Made by a program: the position numbers and the translations under genes. The notes under the pieces were generated by a model. It saw only the letters and a list, made by a program, of their open reading frames with translations, did not search any database and was not told the DNA's origin. From the NCBI GenBank assembly GCA_021108005.1, contig JAIORS010000154.1, positions 7,643-71,642 of the forward strand: DNA of 64,000 bases, given 5' to 3'. Each line of letters opens with the position of its first letter. Within the stretch, counting starts at the first letter, position 1. The stretch is from Candidatus Aegiribacteria sp. (GTDB lineage: Bacteria > Fermentibacterota > Fermentibacteria > Fermentibacterales > JCC-6). Shown in pieces: positions 9,005 through 19,285 of the stretch.

Positions 9005-10596
9005 AGTACTATCTTGATTATAGTATCCCTTGGAGGCTGCATGGTATTGGGGCAATCAAGGCTGTAATGCAGGCCTCTGCTTTCCCTTCTTCGCAGAGCG
9101 GATCTTACAATAGCTCTGCTTACAGTGCAGATATTCCGTAGTTCCAGCAGCTCAGTAACGGGAAGAAGAGACCAATAATCCTCCTCTATCTCATCTGCCA
9201 GGACATCTATTATCCTGAGGGCTCGATTTAGTCTTCTGTCGGACCTCACTATTCCTACATAATCCCACATGACGCTTCTTATGGCTGCCCATGCGTGATC
9301 AAGAAGCACGTTTTCCTTTAGTGGTTTAGCTCTGCCGAAGGACCAGTCTCTTGCGTGGAAATCACTCGAGTGTAAAAATGTGTCGGGAATAGATTCTGCT
9401 GCCTTAAGCCCCATCACGCCGGCTTCAAGAAGACTGTTACTGCCAAGACGGTTTGCTCCATGAAGTCCTGTGCAGGATACCTCACCTATCGCTCTCAGGC
9501 CGTTCATTGTGGTTCTGCCGTCGGTTCTGGCCTCAATTCCGCCAACGATGTAGTGGGCGGCGGGAACAACAGGTATTGGTTCTTCCCAGGGAATGATCCC
9601 GACAGAGGTGACGCCCTCGGTAACTTCGGGGAAGGAATTTGTCAGCCTCTCCCTGCCAAGGTGCGATGCGTCAAGCAGGACATGATCGTTGCCGAATCTT
9701 TTCATTTCCGAATCAATAGCCCTTGCAACTATATCCCTTGTAGCCAGTTCCATTCTCACCGGATCGAAGTTTTCCATGAATCTTTCACCATTGAGATTGA
9801 TAAGCACCGCCCCTTCTCCCCTCAGGGCTTCAGTAATCAGGAAATTACGCTTATCAGGATGGAAAAGGCAGGTTGGGTGGAACTGATAGAATTCCATGTT
9901 CTTAAGGGGCAGTCCTGCCCGGTAGGCCATGGCTATTCCATCTCCCGTAGCGGAATCCTGATTGGAGGTATACCGGTATACTTTGCCCGAACCGCCGGTA
10001 GCAATTACAGTTTCTCCCGCAAGGACAGTGGTAATCGTTCCGTTGTGAAGAACATGAGCGCCTATGCATCTGTCCACGGCGCCTTCAACGAGCTCAGGCA
10101 TCTCTCTGGAGGCGGTAAGGAGGTTAACCGCAAATGCCGGTTCAATAATCGTAATGTTTTTCCGTTTGGCACAGCATTCGCTCAGTGTTTCGCTTATGAG
10201 CTTTCCGGTTCTGTCTTTGTGGTGAAGTACGCGCCGTACACTGTGTCCGCCCTCTATACCTCCCTTCCCGTTTCCGTAAGAACCCTCAAGCTCTACGCCC
10301 CAGAGTGACAGTCGCCTAATAAGTTCCGGACCGTTGGATATGATATCCATTGCCACTGTTTCGTCTACAAGACTTCCTCCAGCACTTATCGTATCCTTCA
10401 GGTGCAGCTCAAAACTGTCATTTTCGGAAACTACTGCCGCAAGTCCTCCCTGCGCGAGGGAAGTACTGCCTGTGGGCATAGGTATTTTACTGATCAGAAG
10501 GATATCAATATCCTCCGGAAGGGCGAGAGCACATGTCAGCCCTGCCATGCCGGCCCCAATGATCAGAACATCGGTTTCTATGGCTTCATTATTCAA
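9001..10596 (-). CDS. nadB: L-aspartate oxidase
   Basis: IIGAGMAG FAD motif, AQGG, EGGHSVRRVLH, QFHPT, LITEALRGEG, PAAHY, HGANRLGSNSLLE, ESRGLHY. Confidence 0.95.
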   Translation of the reverse strand: MNNEAIETDVLIIGAGMAGLTCALALPEDIDILLISKIPMPTGSTSLAQGGLAAVVSENDSFELHLKDTISAGGSLVDETVAMDIISNGPELIRRLSLWGVELEGSYGNGKGGIEGGHSVRRVLHHKDRTGKLISETLSECCAKRKNITIIEPAFAVNLLTASREMPELVEGAVDRCIGAHVLHNGTITTVLAGETVIATGGSGKVYRYTSNQDSATGDGIAMAYRAGLPLKNMEFYQFHPTCLFHPDKRNFLITEALRGEGAVLINLNGERFMENFDPVRMELATRDIVARAIDSEMKRFGNDHVLLDASHLGRERLTNSFPEVTEGVTSVGIIPWEEPIPVVPAAHYIVGGIEARTDGRTTMNGLRAIGEVSCTGLHGANRLGSNSLLEAGVMGLKAAESIPDTFLHSSDFHARDWSFGRAKPLKENVLLDHAWAAIRSVMWDYVGIVRSDRRLNRALRIIDVLADEIEEDYWSLLPVTELLELRNICTVSRAIVRSALRRRESRGLHYSLDCPNTMQPPRDTIIKIVL

Positions 10597-10606
10597 TCTT
10601 GCTTCC

Positions 10607-11698
10607 TTATTTTCTATTCCTATTTCTGTACATATCTATATTATTTTGGATATCGTTCATCAGTTCCTGCACAGCTCCCTTGACCTCAAGATTCATGGTT
10701 TGTACGAGGATATCGCCGGTATCCGGGATGCCCTGAAGCTTTACGGCATCCTTGGCCGTTGTTATAAGCGCTGAAGCTCCTGTCCTTTGCATAACACACT
10801 TCAGATGCTCAATATCACTCTCTGAGTAGACATGATGATCAGGGAAAACCTCAAGATCCTCAAGCCTTATTCCGGCTTCCTCAAGGGAATTGCGGAAACT
10901 CTCCGGTTTACCTATACCGCAGAAAGCCAGAACCGTTCTCTCTGGAATATTCGTCAGAGCTTTTCCGTTTACAAGTCTCACTCCAGTATGTTTGATCCTG
11001 CTGAACTCAACGGGAGCCTTCCAGTTATAATCTAAGACCCGTCTCTTTATCCATTCCGCGGACATGCCGGAAGGTATGCGGTTTATCCAGATGTGGTCGG
11101 CCCTGGAGATGACAGATGGGAATTCTCTGAGTGTACCCGAAGGAATGATGCCTCCCTGACCGAAAGGACTCGAGAAATCGAGAACGAGGAGTTCAATATC
11201 ACGGTAAAGCTGCAGATGCTGAAATCCGTCATCAATAATAATTATATCGGGTTTCTCACCGCGATAGGCTTTCAGCGCTGCTTCTGTTTTTGATTTTCCA
11301 GCGTATACGCTGCTCCTGCCGATAAGACTTTCGGCAAGGAGAAGAACCTCGTCGGTGAAATCGTCTCTGACCGCGTCGCTGTCCAGTCTAACCCTGCAGG
11401 CATGAGCGCGAATGCCGAAGTTCCGTGCTACTACTGATACATTGTACCCCATTCCCGCAATACGGTTGGCAAGCCATATGGTAACAGGCGTTTTACCGGT
11501 ACCGCCCACTTCAATATTACCAACGCTTATCACAGGTACCGGAAGATGAAACTGTCTATTTCCGGATTCGTACCATCTTCTTCTTATGGAAGCAAGAAGA
11601 CCGTAAAGCCATCCGAAAGGCATGAGAAACCATCCCGCCCATGCGTATCTGCCCTCCCTGGATACTATCTTCCCGAATAGCGCATCAGGTCTTTTCAT
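10607..11698 (-). CDS. lpxK: Tetraacyldisaccharide 4'-kinase
   Basis: VISVGNIEVGGTGKTP, DDGFQH, PSGTLRE, AFCGIGKPESF, FPDHH, TTAKDAVK. Confidence 0.95.
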   Translation of the reverse strand: MKRPDALFGKIVSREGRYAWAGWFLMPFGWLYGLLASIRRRWYESGNRQFHLPVPVISVGNIEVGGTGKTPVTIWLANRIAGMGYNVSVVARNFGIRAHACRVRLDSDAVRDDFTDEVLLLAESLIGRSSVYAGKSKTEAALKAYRGEKPDIIIIDDGFQHLQLYRDIELLVLDFSSPFGQGGIIPSGTLREFPSVISRADHIWINRIPSGMSAEWIKRRVLDYNWKAPVEFSRIKHTGVRLVNGKALTNIPERTVLAFCGIGKPESFRNSLEEAGIRLEDLEVFPDHHVYSESDIEHLKCVMQRTGASALITTAKDAVKLQGIPDTGDILVQTMNLEVKGAVQELMNDIQNNIDMYRNRNRK

Positions 11699-13568
11699 CC
11701 GCTTTATCCATTTCTATAATTCCCGCTCGTCTGATCATCGATGCGAAGTCATCAAGTATGCTTTCTCTGATACTTTCGAATTCCGCTTTGACCGTGTTTT
11801 CCTTGATGATAAGTGTGGACAGCTTGACAAGTATATCGGTTATCTCTTCCTGTGATGAGGCGATGTATGTCATACCCGCTGCAGACAACTTATTCACGAC
11901 TTCCATAAAATTGCTGTAATAAGGGCCTACGATCAAGGGTATACCACGCATGATCGGTTCAAGCACATTATGCCCTCCAATCGGGACGAGGGTACCTCCA
12001 ACGAATGCCGCTTCAGCGACACCGTACATTTGAGCAAGTTCTCCATGAACATCTACCAGAACGCTGTCGAAATCAAGCGCTTCAAAAGATGATGCAGTCA
12101 ATTCCGACCATTTAACCGGCTTGAAACCCATACCGGTCATCAGATTTTTTACGCTATCTATCCTGTCAAGGTGACGCGGCGCTATTACCGGGAAGTAACC
12201 TGCCGATTCGGCAGCCTTCAGAAGGATTTCCTCTTCACCTTTCCTGGTAGAGCCTGCGACAAGGACAGGTTTATCTGTATTCAGTGCGGTGCGCCATTCC
12301 AGCGGAGGGTCTCCATGGTCTGTCAATATTTTTGAATCCCCCGAAAGGTTCAGAATTCTCTCGTCGACACCCATCGAAATGTACCTTTTCATGTCGGAAG
12401 CGCTTCTCACGAGAATACCCGTGAAGCAGGACAGCAGTTTTCCGGGAAATGAGCCCAGAAAACGGTATCGCGCTGAACTTTTTTCGGAAAGCCTGGCGTT
12501 AATCATCATGCATGGAATTCCAGACTCAATCGATTTCAGAATAGTATTGGGCCATATCTCCGTTTCCGCCAGAATGAATGCCCTGGGACGTATCCGCTGG
12601 ATGAACCGCTCCGCGAATCGAGAAACATCAAGAGGGATATAGCTTCCGTCCAGCCCCGTTTTATCTATGAAAGAACGTCCGGATGGCGTAAAACAGGTAA
12701 TCCATACCGGTACGTTCTTCCCTTTAAGGAATTCCGCATAAGGAATGAGTCCGTTTAACTCACCGAGCGATGAACCATGAAGCCAAACGGGTCTGTCGGG
12801 GGACATTTTCACGTATCCTTTTCTCTCCTTCCGCTCCCTGTTCGGCCTGAATAAGAGAACTATGGATATTAATGGACGCAGAACGGTTCCCAGAAGTTTC
12901 AGAATACCGCTTGTGAACTTTGCGGAAAGCGATGCCAGAAGATCGGAAGAGGCAGTGACCCTGTTCAGTTCTGCCTCAATTCTTCCAGTCCAGTGCTGCA
13001 GATCGTCTTCCCTTTTCATCGGGGGTACAGGTCTGCCCTCAACAACATAGACCCGCGCGAAGGGCAGAGGAAGCATAAAACCATCCCAGGATGAGAATCG
13101 AAAAGCCGGCCAGGCGGAAGCTCCTACAGGTATTACCGGACGTTTTCCCAAACGCGCGATGTGGGCAATGCCGTTTTTTGCTTCCTCTGCAGGCCCTCTG
13201 GGACCGTCAGGTGTTATGACGCAATCGATACCGTTCCTTAGTAAAACTGCCATGGATCGAACAGCCTTCATGCCGCCTCTTGAGCTTGACCCTCTTACAG
13301 TTCTGAAACCCATGGAATGAAGAACATTCGCTGCGTACTGGCCATCCCTGTTGAGACTTACAAGTATTGTAATCCCCTCGTTTCTATGCGTATGGATAAG
13401 CGGCAGCTGTCTTGCATGCCATAGTGCGAAGAACGCGGGCATTTTTCTGGCTCTGCCGGCCCTTCCGGAAAGTGGTCTGATGTAACGTACCCTCCATGTG
13501 AGACCTTCCAGTCTGAAGAATATCCTCCCCAGAAACAGCGAAAGCTTAATCAGGTCAGGAGATTTCAT
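11685..13568 (-). CDS. waaA: Fusion of DUF374 (LpxJ-like late acyltransferase) and Kdo transferase WaaA
   Basis: N-terminal ALWHARQ, SLNRDG, VRGSSSRGG, ITPDGPRGP (DUF374); C-terminal WLHGSSLGE, ETEIWPN, NARLS, GSTRKGEE, APRH, GGHNVLEP (WaaA). One continuous frame; start ATG 13568. Confidence 0.88.
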   Translation of the reverse strand: MKSPDLIKLSLFLGRIFFRLEGLTWRVRYIRPLSGRAGRARKMPAFFALWHARQLPLIHTHRNEGITILVSLNRDGQYAANVLHSMGFRTVRGSSSRGGMKAVRSMAVLLRNGIDCVITPDGPRGPAEEAKNGIAHIARLGKRPVIPVGASAWPAFRFSSWDGFMLPLPFARVYVVEGRPVPPMKREDDLQHWTGRIEAELNRVTASSDLLASLSAKFTSGILKLLGTVLRPLISIVLLFRPNRERKERKGYVKMSPDRPVWLHGSSLGELNGLIPYAEFLKGKNVPVWITCFTPSGRSFIDKTGLDGSYIPLDVSRFAERFIQRIRPRAFILAETEIWPNTILKSIESGIPCMMINARLSEKSSARYRFLGSFPGKLLSCFTGILVRSASDMKRYISMGVDERILNLSGDSKILTDHGDPPLEWRTALNTDKPVLVAGSTRKGEEEILLKAAESAGYFPVIAPRHLDRIDSVKNLMTGMGFKPVKWSELTASSFEALDFDSVLVDVHGELAQMYGVAEAAFVGGTLVPIGGHNVLEPIMRGIPLIVGPYYSNFMEVVNKLSAAGMTYIASSQEEITDILVKLSTLIIKENTVKAEFESIRESILDDFASMIRRAGIIEMDKADEKT

Positions 13569-14655
13569 CTGAAGTTTCTTCAAGTATGTACCGGGCTGCC
13601 CTTTCGGAGGAGCCTTCCGATCCAAGTGCTTCCCTGACCAGTTTCATCCCGCTTAGCGATCTTCTTCTGGCCTCAGTATCTTCAAGAAGCGGTTTTACAT
13701 AGCGTACGATATTCTCAGGATAAACTTCTTTTTGAATGAGTTCCGCGGCTATCTCCGAACCCGCCACAAGATTGGCCATCCCTATCTTCGAAACGCCCCT
13801 GACGAGCATTCTGGCAAGAAAGTAGGTTAGCGGAGATGTCCTGTACGTTATTATGAAAGGTATTCCCCACATGGCCGTTTCAAGCGTCGCTGTGCCTGAA
13901 CAGACTACAGCGGCGGACGCGTTTTCAAGGGCATCTCCAACAGAGTAAACCAGTTCTACGCCCTTAATGCTGCCCGCCGATTCGTAGAGGTCTGAAGGAA
14001 CGTCAGAGGATACCGCAACGGTAGCGTTTGAAACAACCCCTGAGTCCCTTAGAATTATGAAGGAATCCATCATAGGTTTCAGGAGAAGCGAAATTTCCTG
14101 TCGGCGGCTTCCTGGTAGAAAGGCGATTTTCCTGCCCGGTTCGGATTCAAAATGTATCGGGATTGAATCAGCGAGTGGATGTCCGGAACAAAGAGCTCGA
14201 ACGCCGTATCTTCTGTAGAAATCAACTTCGAACTTAAAAAGAGTGATCATCAGATCTACTGACTTTCGAATCTTCCTGACCCTCCCCCTCCCCCACGCCC
14301 AGAGTTGCGGAGAAATGTAATATACGACCCTGTAACCTCTTTTCTTTGCCCAGATGGCAAGGGGAATATTGAAACCCGGATAATCGACAAGAAGAACAAT
14401 ATCAGGATCGACTGCGAGAATATGCGATTTCATGCGACTGCGAAGACTGCGGAATTTGGCAAGAGAGGATATCACCTCAGCAAAACCCATGACAGAATAG
14501 TCGTAAAGACTGAAGATAATCTTACCGCCGGCTTTTTGAATATTCCTGCCTCCCAGCCCTGATACTTCCAGGGGAGTCATCTTCGTAAGCTCTTCAAGGA
14601 GTTCTCCGCTCCTGATATCACCGGATGGGTCTCCAGCTGAGATTACGATTCTCAT
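13555..14655 (-). CDS. lpxB: Lipid-A-disaccharide synthase
   Basis: SAGDPSGD, DYPGFN, YYISPQLWAW, GHPL, LPGSR, SGTATLE. Confidence 0.96.
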   Translation of the reverse strand: MRIVISAGDPSGDIRSGELLEELTKMTPLEVSGLGGRNIQKAGGKIIFSLYDYSVMGFAEVISSLAKFRSLRSRMKSHILAVDPDIVLLVDYPGFNIPLAIWAKKRGYRVVYYISPQLWAWGRGRVRKIRKSVDLMITLFKFEVDFYRRYGVRALCSGHPLADSIPIHFESEPGRKIAFLPGSRRQEISLLLKPMMDSFIILRDSGVVSNATVAVSSDVPSDLYESAGSIKGVELVYSVGDALENASAAVVCSGTATLETAMWGIPFIITYRTSPLTYFLARMLVRGVSKIGMANLVAGSEIAAELIQKEVYPENIVRYVKPLLEDTEARRRSLSGMKLVREALGSEGSSERAARYILEETSDEIS

Positions 14656-15590
14656 CCGTCAGAAATATCCTTCATTACTTCATCCAGCGATTCCTTTATT
14701 CTGCCTGAGATAATTTGTGCTGATCTGAGGGCATTAAGACCATCCTGTCCCGTTACAGTGGGAGAACAGCCTGTTTCGCAGGAGGATCTGAAATCGTTCA
14801 GCTCGGCAGTAAGCGCGTCGCCTTCCGATACTGTTACCGATATGGGCATGATTTTCCTGTCAACCACTTTAAAGGCTTCAACTTTCCTTGACGCGAAATC
14901 AACTGATACGTAGTTCCTGTGCTGGAAGAACCTGAGCTTTCTGACCTGTTCCCTTGATATTCTGCTGGCAGTCATATTTACCACACAGCGATTCCGGAAT
15001 TCTATCCTTGCGCTGGCGATATCAACATTATTGCTGAGTACCGGCACACCGGAAGCATGAACTGAAACAACAGGAGAACGGACGAAGGAAAGCACAAGGT
15101 CGATATCATGTATCATCAGATCCAGAACAACCGAAACATCGGTTCCCCTTGGATTGAAAGGAGCCATTCTGTGACCTTCCACAAACAGTGGTTCATCGAT
15201 AAGTTCCGCAGCAGCCAGTATTGCAGGATTAAAACGTTCTACGTGGCCCACGGCAAGAATCAGATTTGCCTCTTCTGCGAGGTCAACCATTTCCTGCCCC
15301 TCTGCGGTCCCTGAGGCAATAGGTTTCTCCACAAGGACATGCACACCGGCCTTAAGGGTTTTCATCACAACCTGATAATGGCTTGAAGTTGTACAGGCAA
15401 CGACTGCGGAATCACATTCCTCAAGAAAGGAATCCAGCCTTCTGAAGGGTCTGACGTCCAGTTCAGTGGAGAGTATTTTCATTCTCTCATTGTCAGTGTC
15501 GAATATGGGAACGGTTCTTCCAGTTATTTCTCCGAGAATTCTTGCGTGATGGTAACCCAGATGACCTGTCCCGATAACTCCTGTAATCAT
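14652..15590 (-). CDS. Gfo/Idh/MocA oxidoreductase, GnnA-like UDP-GlcNAc 3-dehydrogenase
   Basis: GVIGTGHLG, VEKP, GHVERFNPA, DVSVVLDLMIHDIDL, TASR; ATGA-type overlap with lpxB; ATG 15590 with GGAGG. Confidence 0.8.
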   Translation of the reverse strand: MITGVIGTGHLGYHHARILGEITGRTVPIFDTDNERMKILSTELDVRPFRRLDSFLEECDSAVVACTTSSHYQVVMKTLKAGVHVLVEKPIASGTAEGQEMVDLAEEANLILAVGHVERFNPAILAAAELIDEPLFVEGHRMAPFNPRGTDVSVVLDLMIHDIDLVLSFVRSPVVSVHASGVPVLSNNVDIASARIEFRNRCVVNMTASRISREQVRKLRFFQHRNYVSVDFASRKVEAFKVVDRKIMPISVTVSEGDALTAELNDFRSSCETGCSPTVTGQDGLNALRSAQIISGRIKESLDEVMKDISDG

Positions 15591-15591
15591 A

Positions 15592-16629
15592 TTATCCTCC
15601 AAATGCCGACAGAATGTCGGCAGCGTACTTGACCGAACGTTCGGAAAGTGAAAGATGTGTGACGAATCTCAAATTGGATGGCGAAATCGCCAGACAACCT
15701 ATTTCAAGGTTTGCAAGTGCATCTGCTATGAACCCGGCCTTGCCTTCCGGGGTTTCAGCTATAACTATGTTGGTTTGAGGGTCCGGATTCAGCATCTTCA
15801 GAATCGGTGAATGGGCTATACCCTTTGCAAGCTGTTTTGCGAAACGGTGTGTTCTGGAGAGCTGAGTGAGATTATGTTCGAGTGCGTAAAGACAGGCCGC
15901 TGCAAGAATGCCGGCCTGACGCATTCCGCCTCCATGCTGCTTGCGCAGGCATCGAACTTCATATTCATCCTCTGTCGAACATGCAAGTATTGAGCCAACA
16001 GGACATCCAAGCCCCTTTGAGAAACACATGGAGACCATATCGTAGCCTGAAAGTATTTCACTGAGTGTTTTTCCTGTTGCTGATATTGCATGCCATACCC
16101 TTGCGCCATCAAGGTAAACTGAAACGTTGTTCGCGCCGCAAATATCTACGATTTCTTTAACCTCGCTGTCCGGCAGTACAAGACCCCCCATGATATTCTG
16201 TGTATTCTCAAGCGCGACAAGTGTTCTTGGAGCGTAATGCTGGTCAATGCGTCTGGATAAAGCCTTTTCAACATCAGCAGGTGGAATGCAGCCACTTTCT
16301 GATTCATCTATCCTGTGCATCTGCAGGCCGCCCAGCATAGCGTATTGAGCTCTTTCGTAGAGATATACATGGCTTCTGCTGCCGCATACCACCTCGTCTC
16401 CCGCAGAAGTAAGAGCTCTTATGGCCACTCCATTGGACATTGTGCCCGTGGGCATAAACACAGCCCTGTCGAATCCGGTCATTTCAGCCATAACGCCTTC
16501 AAGATGATTAAGGGTAGGATCTTCGCCGAATACATCGTCTCCCACCTCTGCCCTGGCCATAGCGTTACGCATCGCGTGCCCTGGTGTGCTTACGGTATCG
16601 CTGCGAAGATCAACTCTAATTCTTTTCAC
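15592..16629 (-). CDS. ltaE: Low-specificity L-threonine aldolase
   Basis: DLRSDT, GDDVFGEDPT, PTGTMSN, LDGAR, FSKGLG, GGGMRQAG; GTG start 16629. Confidence 0.9.
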   Translation of the reverse strand: MKRIRVDLRSDTVSTPGHAMRNAMARAEVGDDVFGEDPTLNHLEGVMAEMTGFDRAVFMPTGTMSNGVAIRALTSAGDEVVCGSRSHVYLYERAQYAMLGGLQMHRIDESESGCIPPADVEKALSRRIDQHYAPRTLVALENTQNIMGGLVLPDSEVKEIVDICGANNVSVYLDGARVWHAISATGKTLSEILSGYDMVSMCFSKGLGCPVGSILACSTEDEYEVRCLRKQHGGGMRQAGILAAACLYALEHNLTQLSRTHRFAKQLAKGIAHSPILKMLNPDPQTNIVIAETPEGKAGFIADALANLEIGCLAISPSNLRFVTHLSLSERSVKYAADILSAFGG

Positions 16630-16633
16630 GTAT

Positions 16634-17635
16634 TCACTCAGGTTCCGCTGAACGGCGGTGATACCTGACAGCCTCATCAAGGATTCTGTTAATAACCTCT
16701 GAGGGACTTACTCCGGATGCATTCCAGAGCTTTGGGAACATGCTGATTTCTGTAAAACCGGGTATCGTGTTTATCTCGTTGAAGTAGAATTTACCATCTT
16801 CATCAAGAAGAAAGTCAGCCCTCGCGAATCCGCTTCCCTGAAGCAGCGCAAAACAATTTTCTGCACATGATCTTATCTTGTTTGAAAGAGTATCAGGAAT
16901 AGGTGCGGGAATCAGTAATTCTGACCCTTCGCAGTTGTATTTCGCCGAAAAATCGTACCATTCATGACCGGGAAGAATTTCGCCTGCTACAGAAGAGGAT
17001 ATCGTACCTGATTCGGAAAGAAGGGCTACCTCAATCTCCCTCGCGTTCTCAAGTCCGTTTTCAATGAGAATCAGGTTGTCGAACCGAAATGCCAGATCAG
17101 CTGCATCCTGTAGAGTTTCAGGGGAATCGACTCTTGAAATTCCAACACTTGATCCCATCCTTGCCGGCTTTACGAAAACAGGATACAGCAAAGGAGGTAA
17201 CGATTCAGGTGATGGAGGAGATTGAATGGTATAGCTCTTCCATGGCAGAACTGGAATATCGCGAGATGAAACCAGTTCTTTCGTTGTTATTTTATTCATC
17301 GCTAAGGCTGAAGTCATAACGTCTGCCCCGGCACAGGGCCATCCGGCCATACCGCATAGCCCCTGAACGGTACCGTCTTCACCAAATGGTCCGTGAAGAA
17401 CCGGGAAGATCGCGTCAAAGGTGATTTCAGAACCGTTCCGCAGCAGTTTCCATACGGAATGTCCTGTTTTGATTTCAAGAAAAGCGCCTTCCAGAGACCA
17501 CCGGCCGTCAATGCTGATCTCAACCGGGATTACTTCGTGTCCTGATTCCTCAAGTACGTTTCTGACGAAGGCGGCTGATACTAATGATATTTCACGTTCG
17601 GCGGATTTTCCTCCGGAAAGTTGAAGAATTTTCAT
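16634..17635 (-). CDS. ddl: D-alanine--D-alanine ligase
   Basis: GGKSAEREIS, LHGPFGEDG, VKPARMGSSVG, YDFSAKY, NEINTIPGFT, SMFP; start ATG 17635. Confidence 0.95.
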   Translation of the reverse strand: MKILQLSGGKSAEREISLVSAAFVRNVLEESGHEVIPVEISIDGRWSLEGAFLEIKTGHSVWKLLRNGSEITFDAIFPVLHGPFGEDGTVQGLCGMAGWPCAGADVMTSALAMNKITTKELVSSRDIPVLPWKSYTIQSPPSPESLPPLLYPVFVKPARMGSSVGISRVDSPETLQDAADLAFRFDNLILIENGLENAREIEVALLSESGTISSSVAGEILPGHEWYDFSAKYNCEGSELLIPAPIPDTLSNKIRSCAENCFALLQGSGFARADFLLDEDGKFYFNEINTIPGFTEISMFPKLWNASGVSPSEVINRILDEAVRYHRRSAEPE

Positions 17636-17783
17636 AGTTCCTCCTGAACTGATCAGCCCGGTATGGGTCTTGACCGGACAATTCCCGTTGGTAGTTTTAC
17701 CAGGACGTTTGTTGAATACTAATATACGATTACTTTGTATATCCGGCAGGGACACTTCACCGCAGATAAGCACCGGAGGCTTT

Positions 17784-18725
17784 ATGAAAGTATTGATCAC
17801 GGGGGGAGCCGGCTTTATAGGCTCCAATATCACTGATTACCTGATAGAAAAGGGCTGGGAAGTTCATGTAATGGATGACCTTTCAACAGGATTCATGGAA
17901 AATGTTAACGAAAAAGCTGTATTTCATAAACTGGATATAAGAAGTGAAGGGGCATTTGAACTGGTCTCAACCGGAAGCTTCGATATCGTATGCCATCACG
18001 CAGCCCAGATGGATGTCAGAAGGTCCGTAAGGGAACCTCTTTTCGACGCGGATGTGAATATTAAGGGAATGCTGAACATTCTTGAAGCTTCGCGAAAAGG
18101 TGGTGTAAAACGGGTTGTTTACGCATCTACAGGCGGCGCCGTTTACGGTGAACCTGATACCATTCCTGTTACCGAAGACCACCCGATCAATCCAATCTGC
18201 CATTACGGTATAAGCAAGCACACAGCTGAACACTACCTCTTCCTTTACAGGTACCTGTACAGTCTTGATTACGTTGTACTCAGGTATCCCAACGTTTATG
18301 GTCCAAGGCAGAATCCCTACGGCGAAGCCGGTGTTACAGCCATTTTCACACTTGCTTACCTCACCGGCAAGCCTCCGGTTATAAACGGGGATGGAATGCA
18401 GCAGAGGGATTACGTGCATGTAAGAGATATCGCGAGGGCCAACTGGATGGCGATGGACCTCTCAAGAGATGATATCTCAGGAGAGATATTCAATATTGGA
18501 TTCGGTACCGGGAAATCCGTGATCGAACTGGACAGAATAATCCGAGGTTATATTGGAACTGACCTTTCCCCCTCTTTCGGTCCTGCCCTGCCGGAAGAGA
18601 TAGTCAAAATATCTCTTGACAGTACAAAGGCCAACAAAATTCTTGGTTGGAGACCGGAGATCGAGTTTGAAACCGGATTAAGGGAACTGGTTGAATACCA
18701 CCGCTCAAGACTGGCCATGGGCTGA
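17784..18725 (+). CDS. NAD-dependent sugar epimerase/dehydratase (GalE-like SDR)
   Basis: ITGGAGFIGS, HHAAQ, STGGAVYG, YGISK (YxxxK), RYPNVYGPRQ, RDYVHV. Confidence 0.92.
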   Translation: MKVLITGGAGFIGSNITDYLIEKGWEVHVMDDLSTGFMENVNEKAVFHKLDIRSEGAFELVSTGSFDIVCHHAAQMDVRRSVREPLFDADVNIKGMLNILEASRKGGVKRVVYASTGGAVYGEPDTIPVTEDHPINPICHYGISKHTAEHYLFLYRYLYSLDYVVLRYPNVYGPRQNPYGEAGVTAIFTLAYLTGKPPVINGDGMQQRDYVHVRDIARANWMAMDLSRDDISGEIFNIGFGTGKSVIELDRIIRGYIGTDLSPSFGPALPEEIVKISLDSTKANKILGWRPEIEFETGLRELVEYHRSRLAMG

Positions 18726-19285
18726 TGGCGGCAAAACCTGTTTACATTGACAGGGACGGGGTTATAAATATAAACAGAAGTGATTACGTTAAATCACTGG
18801 AAGAATGGATTCCCTTTCCCGGAGCTGTTGATGCCATCACGGATCTCAGTAATGCAGGGCATCCTGTAATAGTTATTACGAACCAGTCCGCAATTGCCAG
18901 AAAATATTGTCGTATTTCCGATGTCGAGGAAATACACAGGCACCTCATTTCTCTTGTCAGAAAGGCCGGGGGGATGATAACGGGCATTTACTACTGCCCT
19001 CACCATCCCGATGACGGATGCGATTGCAGAAAACCCCGTACAGGTATGGTAGATTCCGCAAGGCGCGAACTTGATCTGCCCGATGGAGGATACATCGTTG
19101 GTGATGCTAATTCTGACATGGAACTCGGCCGAAGAACCGGATTGAAGACAGTCCTTGTTCTCACAGGTCGCGGCAGGGATCAGCTGAAGAGAATAGTATC
19201 GGAATATCTGCCTGAACCCTGGAAAGTTACAGAAAACATCTCTTCTGCCGTAAAGTTAATCCTTGAGAATTCAGCGAATGACTGA
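18725..19285 (+). CDS. gmhB: D,D-heptose 1,7-bisphosphate phosphatase (HAD)
   Basis: DRDGVIN, TNQS, YCPHHP, CDCRKP, VGD. Confidence 0.9.
   Translation: MAAKPVYIDRDGVININRSDYVKSLEEWIPFPGAVDAITDLSNAGHPVIVITNQSAIARKYCRISDVEEIHRHLISLVRKAGGMITGIYYCPHHPDDGCDCRKPRTGMVDSARRELDLPDGGYIVGDANSDMELGRRTGLKTVLVLTGRGRDQLKRIVSEYLPEPWKVTENISSAVKLILENSAND

Noticed and set aside
9460-10308. 282-aa plus-strand ORF, and many other 60-250 aa track ORFs antisense to real genes (e.g. 20208-21053, 22871-23503, 56415-57062, 58721-59464)
   Set aside because: They lie antisense to well-supported genes, have no recognisable motifs, and are typical shadow ORFs
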